DNA of 64,000 nucleotides from Candidatus Heimdallarchaeota archaeon (GCA_030603365.1 JAUVXV010000002.1:224001-288000); one strand, 5' to 3'; positions 41,155-50,583 are shown, numbered from the stretch's first letter. A program made the numbers and translations. The notes: generated by a model from the sequence alone, not told the origin.

Positions 41155-41412
41155 TTAGGCGAACAAAAATAAGACAACCCGATAACAATTCAAACACAAT
41201 ATAAGAAAGAGGAAAAAAGAAGTTGCATTGTCGAAATGTTCATTTGAATAATCCAAATCTTTTACATCTACAAGAACCCAAGTAGCTTCTGGAACTTTAT
41301 ACTTAGCTTGATCTATTTCACTTTGATGCTTATCTATAGCTGTAATGTATTCCCGTTCAATTTGAGCAATGATACCCTCTCCCTCTCCACCAATATCAAT
41401 AAGGAATAACCA
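41155..41412 (-). pseudogene. Fragment of a class I SAM-dependent methyltransferase
   Basis: Manual translation LIDIGGEGEGIIAQ...ITAIDK...VDVKDLDYSNEHFDNATSFF. There is an in-frame stop just upstream, no start codon, and a divergent truncated end. Confidence 0.65.
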
Positions 41413-41434
41413 TTATTCTTTTAAATCTTAAATT

Positions 41435-42679
41435 TTGACCAGATTCAGCATGGTAAAGAGAGTTATCAAAGCAGCACCAGATTATTTAGCCCTAAACTTT
41501 TTTGATTTTATTAGACATTTTACTAATCTTTTTACTTCTAAAGAATATAATCTTTGGATAGAATCCGATAAGTACACCACAATTTTTGGTTATTCATGTA
41601 GAGGATTATTTGAAGTTTGTATGCAGTATTTTTATAAAGAAGATTTGGTGGTTGCAACAACTCCTATCCAGCACACATCATTTAGGAACATTTTGGAAAA
41701 GTATGTTAAACCAGAAAACATTCACATTATTAGATTAAATAAAAACTATAATGGAATTGAAGAAATCCCTAAATTAGATAACTGCGATTTAGCAGTAATA
41801 ACACACTATTTTGGACAGGATATGGATATATCTGTGCTATCAGAATTTAAAAAGAAACATAACTGTATTATTATAGAAGATAGGGTACAGGGAGGAACAC
41901 TTGATTTACTTTCAAGTCATGAAATTGTTGATATCCCAATATACTCAATGGGTATGGATAAAAGACCAATTGCTCTTGGGGGAGGATTTATGTATATTAA
42001 TAATCAACATAAAGAATTAATAGAAGGTACAAAAAAGATAATTGAAGCATTACCCATAGAAAAAACAGGTAAAAGATTTAAAGAAATGGTGAAGAAGTTA
42101 CCCACTTTTCTATTTTATAATAGTCGAATCTTCTTAGCTTCATTTATTGAGCTACTTCGAGTAGCAACTTTCTTTAATAGGGATATTAGTTTGTTGAAAT
42201 TTGCTAAAGCTTATAGAGCAAAAAACCCTGGATTTGATCGAGAAACCTTTTTGAGTAAACCTTCTCAAGGTTTGCTAAAATCAATGTATCAGAATTTGGA
42301 CAACTATAAAAAAATGGAAAGCTTGTTTGCTAAAAAATATGCTTATTTCATCGAATGTTTAGATCCTGAGATTATACCCTATTTCTTCCCTTGGTATAAA
42401 GGGAATAGTAGCTTATCTTCCTATAATACGATACAAATTGAAGAACATCTGGTGGATCAGTTTCTAGAGTTCTTAACTGAATATGACATAACCTGTATAG
42501 CTAACCCTACTTATAAAGTGTTTAACCATTCCTATGAGAATAAAGAAGTAGATGTCAAATTTAATAATGGTATAGTATACATTCCATCAACTCCTAACAT
42601 GAAAAGAAAGGAAATTGAACTACTTGCAGACAAGCTTCATGATTTCTATCATACGTTTTGTAAAGAAAAAGGAAAGTAA
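41435..42679 (+). CDS. Divergent PLP-dependent DegT/DnrJ-like aminotransferase-fold protein
   Basis: VITHYFGQ, IIIEDRVQG, YSMGMDKRPIALGGG (candidate PLP lysine), VYIP. Start is probably ATG 41450. Confidence 0.7.
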   Translation: MTRFSMVKRVIKAAPDYLALNFFDFIRHFTNLFTSKEYNLWIESDKYTTIFGYSCRGLFEVCMQYFYKEDLVVATTPIQHTSFRNILEKYVKPENIHIIRLNKNYNGIEEIPKLDNCDLAVITHYFGQDMDISVLSEFKKKHNCIIIEDRVQGGTLDLLSSHEIVDIPIYSMGMDKRPIALGGGFMYINNQHKELIEGTKKIIEALPIEKTGKRFKEMVKKLPTFLFYNSRIFLASFIELLRVATFFNRDISLLKFAKAYRAKNPGFDRETFLSKPSQGLLKSMYQNLDNYKKMESLFAKKYAYFIECLDPEIIPYFFPWYKGNSSLSSYNTIQIEEHLVDQFLEFLTEYDITCIANPTYKVFNHSYENKEVDVKFNNGIVYIPSTPNMKRKEIELLADKLHDFYHTFCKEKGK

Positions 42680-42686
42680 GAGATGT

Positions 42687-43517
42687 CTACTCCCTACGTC
42701 TCTTTCTTATTGACAATACTACTAAACATGAAATTAACATGCTAATAATACCTATCACCCAATCATACGATACTCTAACAGACCAGTTATCTGATTCTAG
42801 TACAATATGCGCAGATGAGTTTCCAAGAGTAGATTCTGTTTTTATCAGGGTTTCCATTTTTGATAGAACACCCCATTCAATGTTGTAAGCAACTTCCATT
42901 GATAATTCTTGAGAAAAATCAGTAATATTATTTTCATATTTGATATAATATTTCATATAGAATTTTGTTCTATCTATTGAAACTTCAAAAAGATAGGTAT
43001 CATTACTGAGATTCCAATTTTCATATCCTTCGTACAAATGTTCCTGTATGATTCGATGAGCTTTATCTGCTGTAAAATGAGTTGGTAAAATATATATGAA
43101 AATTATTTCAGGACCAGATTGAGGACTAAATCCTCGTGACACAAATAATTCAGTTGCATCTTCTCCAATTGATTCATCATTGATAAAGAACTCAGCCCAA
43201 GTATCAGATGTATCAAAGATTCCGGATAGACCTGTTGAGTTTAATTCGTCAGGATCTTTTGAAAGTACAATTTTGAAAACATCTCCATTACTTAAAAATT
43301 CATCATACTTTATTGACCAGCCATATTGATCTATATCTTCCTCTGGTTCAACATCTAGAACATTCAGTGTCCAGCTTAATTCAGTTCCTGCTGTTAATTT
43401 GTCTGAATAAAAGACCGATTGATCACTATATACTATCATGCAAGACAAGGAAGTAGTAGAAGAAAGAAGAAAGAACACAAATACAGAAAGAGAAAAGAGT
43501 ATTTTTCTACGTTTCAT
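42687..43517 (-). CDS. Exported C-terminally anchored protein (family C)
   Basis: Signal peptide; GTELSWTL, NGDVFKIVL, FFINDE, YNIEWGVL; TM + RKRRR. Weakly similar to 49589..50497. Confidence 0.75.
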   Translation of the reverse strand: MKRRKILFSLSVFVFFLLSSTTSLSCMIVYSDQSVFYSDKLTAGTELSWTLNVLDVEPEEDIDQYGWSIKYDEFLSNGDVFKIVLSKDPDELNSTGLSGIFDTSDTWAEFFINDESIGEDATELFVSRGFSPQSGPEIIFIYILPTHFTADKAHRIIQEHLYEGYENWNLSNDTYLFEVSIDRTKFYMKYYIKYENNITDFSQELSMEVAYNIEWGVLSKMETLIKTESTLGNSSAHIVLESDNWSVRVSYDWVIGIISMLISCLVVLSIRKRRRE

Positions 43518-43732
43518 TGATTTACCTCTATAAAGTTGTACTTTCTAACTTAAAATAGTACTATCTGTGAACTACTATTTAAGTTATTAGTGATTTAGAA
43601 ATAATCTTTACGAGAAATTGGTAATACTGATATTAGAAATCAGCTTAAAGAGGGAAAGAAACATGCGTTCCATTTGTAGGGGGGTACTCCATCATCCTCC
43701 CTCAACGCTTCCGAAAAAGATCCAGACAAAAA

Positions 43733-44548
43733 ATGTTTAAAGACACAAAGAAACAATATTCTAACATGGAGTATATGCTTGCACCAATGGAAAAAATAAC
43801 CGATTCCAGTTTTAGGCATATCTGCCATAAATATGGTGCAGATCTTACTTTTACAGAACAAATTAGATTTGAAACTTTGGTCAAGAAAACTAAATCTGCC
43901 TTAGAGAGAATTAAACTTCATGATAATACGCCTACAATGATCCAGATAATGGGGAAGGACGAGGAAAAACTAGATTTGTTCATGAAAGATTTTACTCCTG
44001 AAGGAGGTTTTCAAGGTTTTAATCTGAATCTTGGTTGCCCTTCTCAAACATATGTTAGACAAGGTATTGGAAGTGCAATGATTAAAAGACCAACTAAAGT
44101 CAAGAGAATGGTTGATATGATCAAGAATCATGGTTATGACATCAATATTAAGTTGCGTCTTGGAGTAAATTTAACAGAGAAGAGAGAAAAAGTATATCTT
44201 AAATTAATTGAAAAAGTTGATGCAAATTTCTTTGTGGTACATGCTAGATATAGATCCGAGTCCTATGAAATAAAAGCAGATTGGAGTGTCTTCTCTGAAT
44301 GTGTTAATACAGGAAAAGCCATTGTTGCTAATGGCGATATTCAAACTAAGGAAGATGTAGAGAAAATGAAAGAAATCGGTTGTATCGGAGTTATGATTGG
44401 AAGAGCTGCAATGTATAATCCTTTGATATTTGGCCAATTAAAAAACATGAAATTACCTCCTTTAGAAACCGTAAAACAGGAATATATTGAATTGTGTAAG
44501 AATCAAGAGTCCAATTATTCTGAAAATGTACTAAAATTACTATATTGA
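43733..44548 (+). CDS. dus: tRNA-dihydrouridine synthase family protein (short)
   Basis: LAPMEKITDSSFR, NLNLGCPS, VHAR, ANGDI, GVMIGRAA. Start may be ATG 43766. Confidence 0.9.
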   Translation: MFKDTKKQYSNMEYMLAPMEKITDSSFRHICHKYGADLTFTEQIRFETLVKKTKSALERIKLHDNTPTMIQIMGKDEEKLDLFMKDFTPEGGFQGFNLNLGCPSQTYVRQGIGSAMIKRPTKVKRMVDMIKNHGYDINIKLRLGVNLTEKREKVYLKLIEKVDANFFVVHARYRSESYEIKADWSVFSECVNTGKAIVANGDIQTKEDVEKMKEIGCIGVMIGRAAMYNPLIFGQLKNMKLPPLETVKQEYIELCKNQESNYSENVLKLLY

Positions 44549-44663
44549 TACTGTAAAACAAGATTGAAAAAAACATCAATCTATATTATTTACTAACGAC
44601 CCTAATCAACTAGTTGTTAGATATTGCAGCAGTCAGATTTGCTTTTTGAAGCAATCACTTCTT

Positions 44664-45635
44664 CTATAAATTATGTTTGAACCAATCTATTGTCTCTTTG
44701 ATAGCAACATTATGAGCTGTATGTTCTGTTGTATTAAAGGTTGAAGTGTATTTTGTTCCATCAATTATAAATGGATATTTCCATTCATATGTCAACTCTT
44801 TAAGTTCCTTCACAATAGGAATGAACATTGATAGAATCTTAATTGTGTTTTCACTTAATACTTTCATATTGGGTTCTTGATTCAACTCTTGAAAAATCAT
44901 AGATATGAATTCTCGACCTGTAACTGGTTCAGCTCCTTCAACATGAAATATTTGTCCGTAAGAATTAGGATTTTCTGAAGCTGTTACCATTCCTTTAGCT
45001 GCATCTCGTATATATATCATTGAATGTTTCTTATCTAAATCTACTAACCATGAAGATGCTTTGCCCTTAGCTGGATTTTCTAGTAGCGGTTTAGTAAATC
45101 CATTAACAACATTAGGCCCATAGAAATCTCCAAAGCGTACGATGACTGCGTTGATTTCACCTTCAGAATGAGCATCTAGTATTTGTTTTGCTAAACGTAT
45201 GCGAAGCTTTCCCTTCTTACCTTCAGCTTCAAGTGGATGTTCTTCAGATATCTTATCCCCTTGCATTTTTCCATACATGTATAGATTATCTGCATAGACT
45301 AGATTAGCTCCAACTTCTTTAACAGCTGATAGAATGTTATCATTAATAATTGGGAAATCTTTTAGCCATTTTGTATAACTAACATTAGCACAATGATAAA
45401 CTACATCTGACCCTTGAACTGCTTCTATAGTTTCTTTCTGATCCATTAAATCAGCTTGTCTGATTTCAACATTGATGTCTTGAAACAATTTCTTTGCTTT
45501 CTGAATGTTTCTTGTTACAGCAATTACTGATCTTTCTCTCTTCGCAAGTTCAAAAACAACTGCTGAACCAAGCCCTCCTGTAGATCCCAATACAACAGCT
45601 TTTCCTTCATTTTTCTTTTGGTTTTTATTACTCAT
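44664..45635 (-). CDS. NAD-dependent epimerase/dehydratase (atypical SDR)
   Basis: VLGSTGGLG, DNLYMYG, KKGKLR, RFGDFYGP. Confidence 0.88.
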   Translation of the reverse strand: MSNKNQKKNEGKAVVLGSTGGLGSAVVFELAKRERSVIAVTRNIQKAKKLFQDINVEIRQADLMDQKETIEAVQGSDVVYHCANVSYTKWLKDFPIINDNILSAVKEVGANLVYADNLYMYGKMQGDKISEEHPLEAEGKKGKLRIRLAKQILDAHSEGEINAVIVRFGDFYGPNVVNGFTKPLLENPAKGKASSWLVDLDKKHSMIYIRDAAKGMVTASENPNSYGQIFHVEGAEPVTGREFISMIFQELNQEPNMKVLSENTIKILSMFIPIVKELKELTYEWKYPFIIDGTKYTSTFNTTEHTAHNVAIKETIDWFKHNL

Positions 45636-45648
45636 TTCTTACACCTTT

Positions 45649-45665
45649 ACCGAACGATGTTCGGT
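45649..45665. promoter_or_regulatory. Probable TetR operator 1 (ACCGAAC-gat-GTTCGGT)
   Basis: Perfect 7-3-7 inverted repeat between the divergent SDR and TetR genes. Confidence 0.8.
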
Positions 45666-45699
45666 TATTTTTTCTCCACAATATATTTAAATACTTCTA

Positions 45700-45716
45700 A
45701 ACGAACTAAGTTCGGT
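45700..45716. promoter_or_regulatory. Probable TetR operator 2 (AACGAAC-taa-GTTCGGT)
   Basis: Second, near-identical copy on the other side of the AT-rich TATA region at 45681-45693. Confidence 0.78.
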
Positions 45717-45754
45717 TAAGCAAGATTTATATTGGAGTTTAATAACAATCAATT

Positions 45755-46396
45755 ATGAGTAAGAATAAGAGGACTAGAGCGAGATCAGTAGAGGCAAAGG
45801 AAAAGCAATTGCAACGCATAATTAAAGCAGGTCGGGAACTTTTTCTGAAACATGGTCCTGAAGGTGTGAGTATGCGCAAATTAGCACAGAAGCTGAACAT
45901 GGGTCAAGCAAGTCTCTATACTTACATTTCTAGTAAAAGGGAATTATGGTTTGCTATTCTAAGAAATGATTTTGGTAAATTTGAACTCGGAATGGCAAAA
46001 ATCATGCAAGACCATAAAGGAAATTACAAAGAACTTCTAGAAAAGATTGCTCAGTTTTATCTTGAATTTGCACGGGAAGATGAGAAACGTTACAAAATGA
46101 TGTTTCAAACTCAAGCTCCTCAAGCAGAAAGAACAGGATTACTCGAACAACAATATGATTCAAAGTCTATTTATTATTTAAACGAAATCGTCCAAAAAGC
46201 GGTAGATGTAGGAGAAATAAAAGAGAAAGATGTAGGTAAATTGTCTTTTTTCATTTGGGGGATTGTTCATGGAACCGTGAGTGTTGTTCAAACTGAATTT
46301 TTTGGAGATCAAGAACAAATTCCAGAATATGGCAATATAGAAGATTATCATCAGTTTGCATTGAAATATATTAGAAAAATGCTAATAGAAATGTAA
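45755..46396 (+). CDS. TetR/AcrR family transcriptional regulator
   Basis: HTH: IIKAGRELFLKHGPEGVSMRKLAQKLNMGQASLYTYISSKREL. C-terminal WGIVHG (WHG-type). Confidence 0.93.
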   Translation: MSKNKRTRARSVEAKEKQLQRIIKAGRELFLKHGPEGVSMRKLAQKLNMGQASLYTYISSKRELWFAILRNDFGKFELGMAKIMQDHKGNYKELLEKIAQFYLEFAREDEKRYKMMFQTQAPQAERTGLLEQQYDSKSIYYLNEIVQKAVDVGEIKEKDVGKLSFFIWGIVHGTVSVVQTEFFGDQEQIPEYGNIEDYHQFALKYIRKMLIEM

Positions 46397-46413
46397 TAGA
46401 AAAAGAAAAAGAG

Positions 46414-48192
46414 TTATTTTTTGCCTCTTTTAGTTTTAGCTGCAGATTGAATTTTACTACTAAGTATAGTATATGTTAGTAATGAAAATATCAATTGTAA
46501 ACCTAGAACCATTCCAGCAAAGATTAATAATTCACCAATTTCAAGTGATGCAAATATCCCAGAAGTGTCTTCTGTTACTTCAACAAACTCAACATTTGAG
46601 ACAAGGCTTTCTCCGTATTCATTTGTTGCTACTACTGCGTAATAATAGTATCCAGCAACAGTAACAGTGTCAGTATAAGATGTAGTAGTAGAAGTATCAA
46701 TAGCAGTTAATCCAGAAGTTGAGGAAAATTGAGAAGTTTCTCTATATATTTCATAATTTGTAGCATCTTGTACTAATAACCAGCTCAAGGAAATATCCCC
46801 AACAGAGATAGGATTTGGGTTTATTTCAGATAAGAATGGTTGCATAGGAGCTCCTACAAATTTCTTGTAGAAAAGATCTGTGTCTATACCTGAACCTAAC
46901 AAGTGATCAGTTGTATCTAACCAAATAACATGCAGATGGCCTAAAGAATCTATATCTATTTTTGGTCGAGCACCATAACTATCATGATCATAGGTTAAAA
47001 CAGTGTACGGTGACCAAGTATTCGTATCTAAATCAAGATACTTGAAGAAAACGTTATTAGAATCACCCACACCACCAATACTCATGCATTCTCTCCAGAC
47101 GACATATACATACCCTTCATCTACAACTAAATCACTGTTAAAGGAAGTTTCTGGGCTTTCAGGAGATAAAACTTCAGTCATACTCCAAGTATTTGAGCTT
47201 ATACTACAGCTCTTGTAAAAAATGTCTTGATCAACACCTGCTCCATTATAGTTTGTTATATCGTACCAAACAACATGATATAATCCCCCTACCTCATTTG
47301 ATATAGTTGGTGTGTAAGAATCAGATGTAGATTCTGAACTTACTACGCTTACCGGATACCAAGTTATAAAGCCATTTTTCAATTTTCTGAAGAAAATATC
47401 TTGGTCAATACCTGCCCCAGCATAGTCTGTATCATCTTCCCAAACAAAGAGTATAGACCCTTGGTCACCTAGAGCAATAACTGCTTCTGTAGATTGGGCT
47501 GTGCTAGAATCTGATACAACTTGTGAGGTAGACCAAACGTCACTTAAGGATCTATATTTGTAGAAGATGTCACTATCTCCACCACAACTTAGATAATCTG
47601 TCAAATCTTCCCATGAAACATGGACTACACCATTAGAATCAACAACTATCCACGGGATATATGAATTAGCACTGCTTTCAGTCGAAACAAGTTCTACTGC
47701 TCCCCATCCCGAAGAAGTTCTTTGTTTATAGAAAATGTCAGCATCAGCACCTGATCCAAGGATGTTGGTTGTATCATACCAAACTACATGGGCAGTATTT
47801 TCATGATCAACGGCAATACACGGACGCTGAGAATGAGCAGTGCTTTCTGTAGAAACAAGCTCCATCTCCCCCCAGGTTTTAGTAGAGTAATCATACTTCT
47901 TATAGAAAACGTCTATATCAGTTCCAGCTAATAGGATATCTTCTGAACTATATGTGATTGTATGGATATTGTTATCTTTATCTATTGCTAGATTTGAAAT
48001 ATAATTATGTGTATCAAATTCAGCAGAAAGTAGTTCTAATGGTTCCCACCACCAAGAAGATAAATTATTTAGACGAATGTCATCATCTATACTAACCTTA
48101 TCAGATAAGGAATTAACATTCATTGAGGTTGGTAAGAATCCGACTAAGAGAACTAGAAAATTTATTGTAAATAGAATTTTTATTCTTTTCAT
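46414..48192 (-). CDS. Membrane-anchored 7-repeat beta-propeller protein with an FN3-like domain
   Basis: Same repeat as 37049..38479, seven copies, followed by ISLSW...NYEIYR...YTD...YYYAVVATNEYGES and a TM with a basic tail. Confidence 0.82.
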   Translation of the reverse strand: MKRIKILFTINFLVLLVGFLPTSMNVNSLSDKVSIDDDIRLNNLSSWWWEPLELLSAEFDTHNYISNLAIDKDNNIHTITYSSEDILLAGTDIDVFYKKYDYSTKTWGEMELVSTESTAHSQRPCIAVDHENTAHVVWYDTTNILGSGADADIFYKQRTSSGWGAVELVSTESSANSYIPWIVVDSNGVVHVSWEDLTDYLSCGGDSDIFYKYRSLSDVWSTSQVVSDSSTAQSTEAVIALGDQGSILFVWEDDTDYAGAGIDQDIFFRKLKNGFITWYPVSVVSSESTSDSYTPTISNEVGGLYHVVWYDITNYNGAGVDQDIFYKSCSISSNTWSMTEVLSPESPETSFNSDLVVDEGYVYVVWRECMSIGGVGDSNNVFFKYLDLDTNTWSPYTVLTYDHDSYGARPKIDIDSLGHLHVIWLDTTDHLLGSGIDTDLFYKKFVGAPMQPFLSEINPNPISVGDISLSWLLVQDATNYEIYRETSQFSSTSGLTAIDTSTTTSYTDTVTVAGYYYYAVVATNEYGESLVSNVEFVEVTEDTSGIFASLEIGELLIFAGMVLGLQLIFSLLTYTILSSKIQSAAKTKRGKK

Positions 48193-48293
48193 TATAGTAC
48201 AACCAATTCTTGCAGTATAAAGAATATTCTAAAAACTTATTGCACAAGTAAAGCAAAGTAATGCTTAATCTATGGGTTTTGAAAACATTTAAT

Positions 48294-48311
48294 TATAAGT
48301 AATCACTTATA
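48294..48311. promoter_or_regulatory. Probable ArsR operator 1 (TATAAGT-aatc-ACTTATA)
   Basis: Perfect inverted repeat immediately upstream of the arsR start. Confidence 0.72.
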
Positions 48312-48317
48312 CACTTA

Positions 48318-48689
48318 ATGTCAGCAAGAAGGGATATTATTGAACTTTCAGAGGTTTTTAAAGCATTATCAGATCCAACTAGGTTAAGATTGATAAGATT
48401 ACTTGCTTCGAATATGGAAGAAAAACTATGTGTAGTAGATTTAGCAGCTAAATTAAGTATATCACAACCAGCTACCTCTCAACACTTGAAAATTCTGAAA
48501 AACGTTAATATCCTTTACTCTAAAAAGGAAAGACCAAGAATATACTATTATTTGAATTTAGGAGAATTTCATAGACAGAAGAAACTTGTTGATAGAATGT
48601 TTGATTTCGCATTCACAAAGTGTACCCAAGGAGGACAATGTGAAGACTGTCAATCTAGAGAAGACTGTGAAGAATTCTCAGCAAAATAA
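48318..48689 (+). CDS. ArsR/SmtB family regulator with a Cys-rich C-terminal tail
   Basis: FKALSDPTRLRLI, LCVVDLA, SQPATSQHLKIL; tail CTQGGQCEDCQSREDC. Confidence 0.92.
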   Translation: MSARRDIIELSEVFKALSDPTRLRLIRLLASNMEEKLCVVDLAAKLSISQPATSQHLKILKNVNILYSKKERPRIYYYLNLGEFHRQKKLVDRMFDFAFTKCTQGGQCEDCQSREDCEEFSAK

Positions 48690-48750
48690 ATAATCAAAAA
48701 GGAAATACGAAACTTAAAATTACACACAGATGCAGATTAAGAAATATTTA

Positions 48751-48768
48751 TATAAGTATATGCTTATA
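48751..48768. promoter_or_regulatory. Probable ArsR operator 2 (TATAAGT-atat-GCTTATA)
   Basis: Near-identical to the site at 48294, upstream of the membrane protein gene. Confidence 0.7.
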
Positions 48769-48799
48769 GACTTATAACTATAATTTAGAAGGTGAAAAA

Positions 48800-49525
48800 A
48801 TGACTAGTATTTTAGAGACAGAAACAAAATCGGATAGAAATTATAAATTAGGTATCATACTATCATGGAGTCTATTAGGATTAGTCTATGTTTTGATAAT
48901 AATTATGACTTTCATGAAGACTCCAGAAGAAATAACAAATACCTTGACAACCATTAGCAGTCAGTTGAAGTATTATTTCCTAGCGGTACACATCGTTATT
49001 TTACTATTACTAGGAACAGGATTTATTTGGAAAAAATTTAGAACTCAATCCTTCTTTACAATATTGATACTTCTTGCAATATCAAGTACAGTCGTTTCGA
49101 GCATCTATGTAGTTATACCAAACATCATTTTCTTTGGAACTATTTCAGTCATAATCTTAATATCATATCTTACAAAGAAACTAGAATTTGATTTCAAGAA
49201 CGTCAATATAATGGATTGGATCATGTCATGTCTTGGATTACTCTTTGGTTTCTGGTATCTACATTGGGTTGAAGATCCAATAGCTTTGAATGCTCTTCTC
49301 TATTCGCCATTAGGTGGTGTGAATTGTCCTACATTAGTTATGTTGTCAGCTTTATTGATACTCTCCAAAAAACCAAAACCTATCATGATGACTACTTTTG
49401 TTGGAGCTTTAACAATCTACTTTGGTTTCTTCGGAATGATAATGCTTGGTGCTTATGTAGACATTGCCTTGATTCTTTGCGGGATGTATCTAGTTGGTAA
49501 AAGTTGGTTTGAAAAAATAAAATAG
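48800..49525 (+). CDS. Multi-pass membrane protein with a CPT motif
   Basis: About 7-8 hydrophobic segments; SPLGGVNCPTL. Confidence 0.72.
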   Translation: MTSILETETKSDRNYKLGIILSWSLLGLVYVLIIIMTFMKTPEEITNTLTTISSQLKYYFLAVHIVILLLLGTGFIWKKFRTQSFFTILILLAISSTVVSSIYVVIPNIIFFGTISVIILISYLTKKLEFDFKNVNIMDWIMSCLGLLFGFWYLHWVEDPIALNALLYSPLGGVNCPTLVMLSALLILSKKPKPIMMTTFVGALTIYFGFFGMIMLGAYVDIALILCGMYLVGKSWFEKIK

Positions 49526-49588
49526 GAGATAATTTCTCCAAACTTTTTTCTACAGAAGTGTTAAATATTATAGAAAGAGAGCTATTCT

Positions 49589-50497
49589 TTGATTTATATG
49601 ATATCAACTAAAAAAACAGTAGAATACTTAACCTTGGCTTTAACTATTTTCTGTTTACTCGGATTTAATTTCCAAACTTCTGCAATAGAGATGATTAATG
49701 TTGATCCCGAGGAGTACTATATTTTCAATGATGTCTTTGTAAATGGTTCTATATTCGAATGGACAATAAGAAATGTACAATTTAATAGTGAAATAGACGA
49801 AATCACATTTAGTAATAATGACATTCTAACAGTAGAGTTAGCAATCGATATAGACAAAGATTCTTGCGAGTTTTTAACAACTGCTAGTCCTTTGGTATTT
49901 TTCCCTCAAACGCTATACTATGCGGATATGTCTATCAATGGAGAGGATGTTGAGGGAGATACGTGGGAACTATTTCTCAGAGGATATGACAGCTTTTGTT
50001 GTGGTCTTACTTCTTACCAATTTGTTTTTGATTTATCGAACCCAATTTCTATCAGTTTACCTGAACCTTGGTTCTTTTATCCTCTAGAATTTGTCAATGG
50101 TTCAACAACAATTTCTTACTTCGACCTGTTTTACGATTATATGTCTCAGAAAGCAGATCAAATGAGTAAGGCAACAGTTACCAAGAGTGAGGATGAAAAA
50201 TTCTTAGATATAGAATTCTCACAAAGTACAGAAAATCCAGATTATAAGAGGACATCTAAACAAATACTATCCTTAAACATGGAAATAGGAATCGTGGGTT
50301 TCTATAGTGTAGATTATAATTATACTGATAAACTGAACAATACAAAATCTGAAAGCTTTACTTACGAACTCTTTTCTGAGAAATATGGATCAGCTGTATA
50401 TAAAACCGGTTTAGACCCACTAAGTTTCATTCTCATAACAGCCACAAGCATATTTTGTATAACCTATTTATTGAAAAGAAGGAAGAACAATAATTAG
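49589..50497 (+). CDS. Exported C-terminally anchored protein (family C-like)
   Basis: Signal peptide; GSIFEWTI, NNDILTVEL, SINGED, LNMEIGIV; TM + KRRK. Confidence 0.75.
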   Translation: MIYMISTKKTVEYLTLALTIFCLLGFNFQTSAIEMINVDPEEYYIFNDVFVNGSIFEWTIRNVQFNSEIDEITFSNNDILTVELAIDIDKDSCEFLTTASPLVFFPQTLYYADMSINGEDVEGDTWELFLRGYDSFCCGLTSYQFVFDLSNPISISLPEPWFFYPLEFVNGSTTISYFDLFYDYMSQKADQMSKATVTKSEDEKFLDIEFSQSTENPDYKRTSKQILSLNMEIGIVGFYSVDYNYTDKLNNTKSESFTYELFSEKYGSAVYKTGLDPLSFILITATSIFCITYLLKRRKNNN

Positions 50498-50583
50498 ACT
50501 TCCTCTTTTTCTTTATTTTTTACTTCTCAAGTAGGTATATCCACTAATTTGAAATAAAGGTTCTACTCAAAAACAAAACCTTG

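Noticed and set aside
43630-43703. Minus-strand resemblance to a fluoride riboswitch (GATGGAGT...GCTGAT)
   Set aside because: The 3' pseudoknot-pairing segment (GACTCCTAC-like) is absent and no fluoride-related gene follows.
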